A DNA stretch of 64,000 bases from an uncultured Gammaproteobacteria bacterium (lineage in GTDB: Bacteria; Pseudomonadota; Gammaproteobacteria; Steroidobacterales; Steroidobacteraceae). The notes below the pieces were generated by a model, which made no database searches, was not told the origin of the DNA, and saw only the letters and a list, made by a program, of their open reading frames with translations. The stretch covers positions 117,309 through 181,308 of the forward strand of contig CAVZWC010000004.1 in assembly GCA_963778855.1 (NCBI GenBank), written 5' to 3'. The translations under genes and the position numbers were made by a program. Shown piece by piece: positions 58,864-64,000 of the stretch; the first letter of the stretch is position 1; each line of letters starts with the position of its first letter.

Positions 58864-58879
58864 AGGGCAGGCAGACTGA

Positions 58880-59092
58880 CGCGCGGCTGCCGGCAATCGT
58901 CGGACTGCTCACGGTTGCGCGCGGGTCGCCCCGCTGTTCCCAAAGCCGCCCTGCGGGGCGCCGTTCCCTCGCGCGGCCGGGCGCCTTGGCCCAATTGTGT
59001 CAATGCTTCTGCCGGGCGTCGCACCGGACGGCGCCTGCGGCCGCGCTCGGCGCGCAGCAGTTGCGCCGCCGACGATTGCCGGCTGCTGCGCG
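58880..59092. repeat. ~213-bp intergenic element closed by a 24-bp near-perfect inverted repeat (15 bp perfect: GCCGGCAATCGTCGG / CCGACGATTGCCGGC)
   Basis: I paired it base by base. 58889-58903 is the exact reverse complement of 59069-59083. The pairing extends to 58880/59092 with one T/T mismatch and one G.T pair. An inner ACTGCT/AGCAGT pairing continues the stem after a bulge. The arms start 17-18 nt beyond the two convergent stop codons. Confidence 0.75.
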
Positions 59093-59109
59093 CCAGGTCA
59101 CCTGTTCGT

Positions 59110-60333
59110 TCAATTCCCGGTCTTGGGGCAACTCGGCATTTCGGGCGGCGCCTGTTCCTTGGGGGGGAGCTTCTTCCAGTCCGTCGGCATCTCGAACTGG
59201 TCGGCCGGGATCGCCTCGGTGCCAATGCTGGTGGTGACGACGCTGAACTGGGCGATCGTCGTCATCGCTGGCGCGGACGCGGCCGGGGCGCCAGCCGCGC
59301 CGCCGGCGCCGCTGGTGCTGCCCGCGCTGGTTGTGCCGGTCGTGCTGGCGGTGCCGGCCGCGTCGGCCGGCTTGGCCGCCGGCGCCTCGGCCGGCTTCTT
59401 CTTGCCGAACAGGCCTCCAAGCAGCTTGCTGGCCGCGGCACCGGCCGAGCCGCCGATCAGGCTGCCCACGTTGCTTGCCGTGTCGCCGGTCGACGCGCCA
59501 GCCGCGGCGTCGCCTTGCGCCTTGGCCGCGGCCGCGCAATGTGGCCCGCCAATCGCCACCTTGAACGAGGTCTTCAGCGGGTAACCCTTGAGTTCGCCCG
59601 ATTGGTCGCCGAGCTTGCGCAATGCATCCCGGTAGGGCGCGAGGAACTGGCTGAGCTGCGCCGGCGGCCCGGCGGCGGCGGCGTCGTCGAGCCCGAGCTT
59701 GCGCATGTAGTTCTGCTGGAAAGAGCGCCGATCGGCCATGCCGGGCAAGTCCTCGTTCGCCGTCCAGACGTCGAAGGTATAGGCCATGTCGCAGGAATCC
59801 TTGGTATCCGGGTTGGTGCAGCTTTGCGTCATGGCCACGATCGTGTGGTGCGTGTCGTGGCCGGCGATGTTGGCCACGTCGTCGGCCTTGGTCACGTTGA
59901 CGACCGGGGGCGACATCTGGCACTTCGAAGTGTCGACGCCTGCGGGCGCGGGGCCATGCGCCGGAGCCGGGCATGACTTGAGCTTCTCCGCCACGGCCTG
60001 CATGCGCTCCTCGAGCGCGCGCCGCTCTTCCGGCGTCGGCAGCGGCTTCTCGACGTAGCTCTTCTTCCCGGGATCGGCCGACATGATCACCGCGCGGTCG
60101 AGGCGAATGATCTCGAGGCTGCCGTTGTGGCCGCACAGCATCGACATGAATCCCTCGCAGCTGAACTCGGTCTCGGTCCGCTGCTTGTCGCTGGTGACGC
60201 GGCGGGTCGTTGTGCCGTGCGCCTTGATGATGGCGACTTCGAGGTTCATTTGCTCCTGCACGCTCACGTCAGCTTGCGCGCCGGCGCCGGCCAGCAGCAT
60301 GACGGCAGAAAGTGTGGCGCGGCTGGTGTACAT
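59110..60333 (-). CDS. Secreted hypothetical protein (signal peptide, Cys-containing N-domain, Ala/Gly/Thr-rich low-complexity segment)
   Basis: Intact 407-aa ORF with MYTSRATLSAVMLLAGAGAQA|DV. It has eight Cys in the mature part, a long AAGASTG..TASTTGTTSAGSTSGAGGAAGAPAASAPA tract and a conserved-looking C-terminus. No family is recognised. Confidence 0.6.
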   Translation of the reverse strand: MYTSRATLSAVMLLAGAGAQADVSVQEQMNLEVAIIKAHGTTTRRVTSDKQRTETEFSCEGFMSMLCGHNGSLEIIRLDRAVIMSADPGKKSYVEKPLPTPEERRALEERMQAVAEKLKSCPAPAHGPAPAGVDTSKCQMSPPVVNVTKADDVANIAGHDTHHTIVAMTQSCTNPDTKDSCDMAYTFDVWTANEDLPGMADRRSFQQNYMRKLGLDDAAAAGPPAQLSQFLAPYRDALRKLGDQSGELKGYPLKTSFKVAIGGPHCAAAAKAQGDAAAGASTGDTASNVGSLIGGSAGAAASKLLGGLFGKKKPAEAPAAKPADAAGTASTTGTTSAGSTSGAGGAAGAPAASAPAMTTIAQFSVVTTSIGTEAIPADQFEMPTDWKKLPPKEQAPPEMPSCPKTGN

Positions 60334-60477
60334 GGTGGCTTGGCTCCGGACTTTTTGCTCAGAGGGAACGGGATCGACCGAACTCCCATCTTACATTTTC
60401 TCGCTGCAACGGAGTGCAGCCCCATGTAACGCAGCGGTCATGCCGCCGTAACCGCGGCGTAGCAAAGCGCCGGCAGC

Positions 60478-61020
60478 ATGCGCGCCATGAACCGTGCCCA
60501 GCTCGTCCTGGCCCGCTTCGATGCCGCCGAGTACCGCTTCTGCCGCGGGCTCAATCGCGCGGCCGCCCGGGCGCCGTTCCGGGGACTGATGCGCCTCGCC
60601 AGCCGCGCCGGCGACGGCCCGCTCTGGGGACTGCTGCTCGTGGCGCTGCCGCTGGCCTGCGGCGCGACGGCGATCCGCCCGGTGCTGGCCATGGCGGCCA
60701 CCGGGCTCGCCGGGCACCTGGTGTACAGCCGGCTCAAGTCGACCCTGGTGCGCGAACGGCCGTTCATGCGCCATTCGGGCATCAACCAGGAGATGGCGCC
60801 CCTCGATCGCTACAGCTTTCCCTCGGGCCACACTTTGCACGCGGTGTGCTTCAGCCTGCAGGCGAGCGCCTTCGACCACGCCCTGGCCTGGCTGCTGGTG
60901 CCCGTGGCGGCGCTGATCGCGCTCTCGCGCGTGGCGCTGGGGCTCCATTATCCCACCGACGTCATCGCCGGCGCGGCGATCGGCGCCCTGCTGGCGGCCG
61001 CCGGCCTGGCGCTGGGCTGA
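60478..61020 (+). CDS. PAP2-family (type 2 phosphatidic acid / undecaprenyl-PP) phosphatase
   Basis: 180-aa membrane ORF with the acid phosphatase motifs KSTLVRERP, FPSGHT and SRVALGLHYPTDV. Confidence 0.85.
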   Translation: MRAMNRAQLVLARFDAAEYRFCRGLNRAAARAPFRGLMRLASRAGDGPLWGLLLVALPLACGATAIRPVLAMAATGLAGHLVYSRLKSTLVRERPFMRHSGINQEMAPLDRYSFPSGHTLHAVCFSLQASAFDHALAWLLVPVAALIALSRVALGLHYPTDVIAGAAIGALLAAAGLALG

Positions 61021-61029
61021 TCCACGCCG

Positions 61030-62310
61030 ATGCGGGTACTGATGGTCTCGGACGCCTACTTCCCGCGCGTCAACGGCGTGTCGACCTCGATTGCGAGCTT
61101 CCGCGCCGGCCTGGCCGAGGCCGGCGTGGCCACGACGCTGGTCTGCCCGCGCTACCAGGTGGCATCCGGGGCCGGCGACGGTCGCGGCGCCGACGCCGGC
61201 GCTGATACCGGTGCCGATACCACGGCTGACACCGGCGTGCTGCGCGTGCCGGCCGGCACGGTCCCCTTCGATCCGGAGGATCGGCGCATGCACTGGCGCC
61301 CACTGCAGGAGTGCATGGGCGCGCTCCAGGGCCAGGGCTTCGACCTGGTCCACGTGCACACCCCATTCCTCGCGCACTACGCGGGACTGCGCTTTGCAAG
61401 CCGCGCGGGGATACCGCTCGTCACGACCTTCCACACACTGTTCGAGGAATACCTGCACCTCTACGTGCCGCTGCTGCCGCGTCCGCTGGGCCGGGGCATG
61501 GCGCGCGCCCTGACGCGCGCGCAGTGCAATGCCGCCGACGGCGTGATCGCACCTTCGCAGCCGATGGCCGAGCTGCTGACCGCGATCGGCGTGCGGGAGC
61601 GGCCGCGCGTGATACCTACCGGCCTGCCCGCGGACCGCTTCGTCCCCGGCGTCGGCGCGCGCTTCCGCCGTCGGTACGGCTTGCCCGACACGCGGCCGCT
61701 GCTGCTCTGCGTCGGCCGCGTCGCGCGCGAGAAGAACCTCGACTTCCTGTTGCACAGCTTCCTCGAGGTCAGGCGGGCGCGTCCCGAGGCCATGCTGGTG
61801 ATCGCCGGCGAAGGCCCGGCGCGCGCGCCGCTTGCCGCGCAGGTGGCCCGGCTCGGCCTCGGCGGCGACGTGGCCTTCGTCGGCTACCTCGATCGGGAGC
61901 GCGGGCTCGCCGATAGCTACGCGGCCGCCGCCGTGTTCGTATTCGCCTCGCGCACCGAGACCCAGGGTCTGGTGCTGCTCGAGGCGATGGCGCAGGGCTG
62001 CGCCGTGGTGTCGACCGCGCGGCTTGGCACGACCTCGATCCTGCAACCCGGATGCGGCGCGCGGATCGCGCCCGAGCTGCCGGGCGCGTTCGCGCAGGCC
62101 GTGATAGAGCTGCTCGATGACCCGCAGCGCGCCGCGCGCTGCGGCGCCGAGGCCCGGCGCTACGCGCGGGGCTGGGACCAGGCCCGGATGGCCGGGCGGC
62201 TGCAGGAGTTCTACGCGGAATTGTGCGCCCGCGCTAAGATTGCCCGGGGCCTGCCACCGGCGGCGCCCGGGGAGCCGCATGAGCGCCAAGCGTGCCTTGA
62301 TAGTCGATGA
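61030..62310 (+). CDS. GT4-family glycosyltransferase
   Basis: 426-aa ORF with the N-terminal MRVLMVSDAYFPRVNGVSTSI and the C-terminal E-x7-E region (FVFASRTETQGLVLLEAMAQG). It contains a short low-complexity GADAGADTGADTTADTG insert. Confidence 0.85.
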   Translation: MRVLMVSDAYFPRVNGVSTSIASFRAGLAEAGVATTLVCPRYQVASGAGDGRGADAGADTGADTTADTGVLRVPAGTVPFDPEDRRMHWRPLQECMGALQGQGFDLVHVHTPFLAHYAGLRFASRAGIPLVTTFHTLFEEYLHLYVPLLPRPLGRGMARALTRAQCNAADGVIAPSQPMAELLTAIGVRERPRVIPTGLPADRFVPGVGARFRRRYGLPDTRPLLLCVGRVAREKNLDFLLHSFLEVRRARPEAMLVIAGEGPARAPLAAQVARLGLGGDVAFVGYLDRERGLADSYAAAAVFVFASRTETQGLVLLEAMAQGCAVVSTARLGTTSILQPGCGARIAPELPGAFAQAVIELLDDPQRAARCGAEARRYARGWDQARMAGRLQEFYAELCARAKIARGLPPAAPGEPHERQACLDSR

Positions 62311-63655
62311 CTCGCGGTCCGCGCGCAGCTTCCTGACTCGCATACTCGAGCGCTACGACCTCCAGGTCGACGGGGCCGCGTCGGCCGAGGAAGCGATCGA
62401 CTACCTGATCCGCCAGCGCCCCGACGTCATCTTCCTCGATCACCTGATGCCGGGCATGGATGGTTTCCAGGCGCTGACGGCGATCAAGAACGATCCGCGC
62501 ACCGCCACGATTCCCGTGATGATGTACACGTCGCAGGAGGGCGAGCTGTACCTGAGTCAGGCGCGTGCGCTGGGCGCGATGGGAGTGCTGCCCAAGCAGA
62601 CGCGGCCCGCCGACGTGAGCCACGCGCTCGAGCAGCTGCGCCTGCTCGGCGAGCGGCGACCGGAAAGCGAGATCGCCACGGTGCGCGTGCCCTCGTTGAG
62701 CGGCATTGCCGAGCCTGCTGCGCCCGCGGCACCCGGGGAGCCGGCCGAGGCGGCCGAGGACGAGGTCGAATCGCTGCTGACGCGTGCGCCACCCCTTTCC
62801 GCGCCGATCGGGCTGAGCCCGCAGATGCGCGCGCAGCTCGAGTTGCTGCTGCGCGACCACGGCACGGAGTTGCGTCGCTTCGTCGCCCGCTCGCTCGCGC
62901 AGCAGTCGGGGCAGATCATCAAGGAGGTGCGCACGCTGCTCGAGGGCGGCGGCGAGCCCGCGGCAGCGCCGCCACCGGCGGAGCCGGCGCCGGGTGCGCC
63001 GGGCGGCGCGGCGGCGGTGTGGCTGGGCGCCGCCGCGGCGTTTATCGCCCTGTTCGCCGGACTGCTCTGGTACCGCTTCAGTGACCAGGGTCGCCACGCC
63101 ACCGCGGACATGCGTCCGCGCGCCGCGCCCGCAGCCGGGACGCGAGCCGTCGCGTCGGCGGCGAGTGCATCGGCGGGGCCGGGCATGGGCCGCGGCGCCA
63201 CGGCGCCGCTGCTGGTGGTGCCGGTGCCATTCGGCGATTCGCCCTTCAGCGGCGCGCGCATCGACGCCGTGCAGGCCGCACTGGCGCGACTGGTCGCCAG
63301 CAGGTTCCGCGGCAGCGTCGAGATCCGCAGCTACCCCGGCCGCTACTGCCTGCAGGGCGCCGGCGACACCGTGGCGCTGCCACCCGCCGAACTCAGCTAC
63401 TCCCAGTGCGACCAGATCGGCAATCCGGTCGACAACGCCGGCGTCGCCGGGCGCGAATCGGTCGCGTTCGCCAACATGCTCAGCGCACAGCAGAGCCGCG
63501 CCCGCGGCGCATTCGAGGTCCAGTTGGCGGTGGGCAGCGCCGACGAGGTGGCTACGCCTTATCCGTTGGTGACGACCTTCCTCACGACCGGCGAATGGAA
63601 CCGCGCGGCGGCGGCGAATAACCGCGTCGAAGTGCGCGTCCGCCCGCAGCCTTGA
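62279..63655 (+). CDS. Response-regulator receiver fused via one TM helix to a periplasmic OmpA/MotB-like-looking domain
   Basis: The ATG at 62279 gives 458 aa. The REC domain is ALIVDDSRSARSFL..VIFLDHLMPGMDGF..MYTSQ. A Pro/Ala linker and a hydrophobic helix (AAVWLGAAAAFIALFAGLLWY) follow. The C-terminal ~190 aa end in ..EWNRAAAANNRVEVRV, reminiscent of the NRRVEI ending of OmpA_C. Confidence 0.7.
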   Translation: MSAKRALIVDDSRSARSFLTRILERYDLQVDGAASAEEAIDYLIRQRPDVIFLDHLMPGMDGFQALTAIKNDPRTATIPVMMYTSQEGELYLSQARALGAMGVLPKQTRPADVSHALEQLRLLGERRPESEIATVRVPSLSGIAEPAAPAAPGEPAEAAEDEVESLLTRAPPLSAPIGLSPQMRAQLELLLRDHGTELRRFVARSLAQQSGQIIKEVRTLLEGGGEPAAAPPPAEPAPGAPGGAAAVWLGAAAAFIALFAGLLWYRFSDQGRHATADMRPRAAPAAGTRAVASAASASAGPGMGRGATAPLLVVPVPFGDSPFSGARIDAVQAALARLVASRFRGSVEIRSYPGRYCLQGAGDTVALPPAELSYSQCDQIGNPVDNAGVAGRESVAFANMLSAQQSRARGAFEVQLAVGSADEVATPYPLVTTFLTTGEWNRAAAANNRVEVRVRPQP

Positions 63656-64000
63656 GCCAGGCGCCGGCCGCCAATCCCGGACCGGATCCGGACGCTGGCT
63701 TTCGGCCGCCGCGCTGGCTGCGTGGCACGCACCTGCAGTCCGTGCTGCCGAGCCTGCCGCCGCATCGCAACTGGGCGCGCTGGCGCGCGCGCGCGGTGCT
63801 GGCCTCGGGCCGGCCCTGGGAGCTCGATTGCGGCGCCGGCGTGCGCCTGCTGGCCTGGCACAGCCCGCCGCGGCAACCCGGCGCGCGCACCGCCGTGCTG
63901 TTGCACGGTTGGGAAGGCAGCGCCGACTCCGGCTACGTGCTGTCGCTGGCGGCGCTGCTGCACGCACATGGCTACGGTATCGTCCGGCTCAACCTGCGCG
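63652..64000 (+). CDS. Alpha/beta hydrolase (YheT-like), 5' part only, running off the right edge
   Basis: My translation of the open frame is ..FRPPRWLRGTHLQSVLPSLPP..VRLLAWHS..TAVLLHGWEGSADSGYVLSLAALLHAHGYGIVRLNLR. The start (TTG at 63652, overlapping the preceding TGA) is a guess. Confidence 0.6.
   Translation, partial: MSQAPAANPGPDPDAGFRPPRWLRGTHLQSVLPSLPPHRNWARWRARAVLASGRPWELDCGAGVRLLAWHSPPRQPGARTAVLLHGWEGSADSGYVLSLAALLHAHGYGIVRLNLR

Noticed and set aside
60424-60441. Pho-box-like 7-4-7 direct repeat (ATGTAAC gcag CGGTCAT) upstream of the PAP2 gene
   Set aside because: It matches the CTGTCAT consensus at only 4/7 and 6/7 positions, has a GC-rich spacer, and lacks a convincing -10 element. 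This is too weak to call without conservation or expression data.
60391-63967. 650-aa and 577-aa minus-strand ORFs (60391-62343 and 62234-63967)
   Set aside because: They are antisense to the PAP2, GT4, REC-fusion and alpha/beta hydrolase genes, all of which have clear family motifs on the plus strand.

Overview
Very GC-rich proteobacterial chromosomal segment. The gene order is gammaproteobacterial in style: ubiE-ubiJ-ubiB, dapF-DUF484-xerC-hslVU, and cc4-dsbA / engB / polA. I call about 60 protein genes, one tRNA-Arg(CCG) and one unlisted small ribosomal protein gene (Thx). I see no rRNA, no CRISPR array, no transposase or phage block, and no integrase other than housekeeping XerC. Content is mostly housekeeping: ubiquinone biosynthesis, KorAB 2-oxoglutarate:ferredoxin oxidoreductase, HslVU, DapF, PolA, MurJ, TamAB, NudC, cytochromes c4/c5, DsbA and CorA. 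It also includes signalling genes (a histidine kinase with a REC-GGDEF-EAL protein, and an AlgZ/AlgR-like pair), a compact putative gamma-glutamylation catabolic operon, and a small low-GC islet carrying an ORF6N gene. Observations worth follow-up, in rough order: (1) a sigma-E-type promoter and strong intrinsic terminator bracket a ~100-nt transcript with C-rich loops in the polA-engB spacer, the locus that holds Spot 42 or ErsA in other gammaproteobacteria; (2) a divergently transcribed FlhC-like and possibly FlhD-like pair with a perfect palindrome between them and no flagellar genes nearby; (3) a response-regulator receiver fused through a transmembrane helix to a periplasmic OmpA/MotB-like domain; (4) a ~215-bp intergenic element closed by a 24-bp near-perfect inverted repeat; (5) a perfect 14-bp-arm palindrome inside the ORF6N coding sequence. 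A major caveat is that frame breaks are strongly clustered at 1-7.9 kb, ~22.4-22.6 kb, 28.6-34.8 kb and ~37.2 kb. These hit essential genes (ubiB, ubiE, korAB, polA, engB, murJ), while the rest of the window shows none. This looks like patchy consensus or indel error rather than real pseudogenisation. Many long ORFs in the supplied track are GC-driven antisense shadow ORFs and were discarded.
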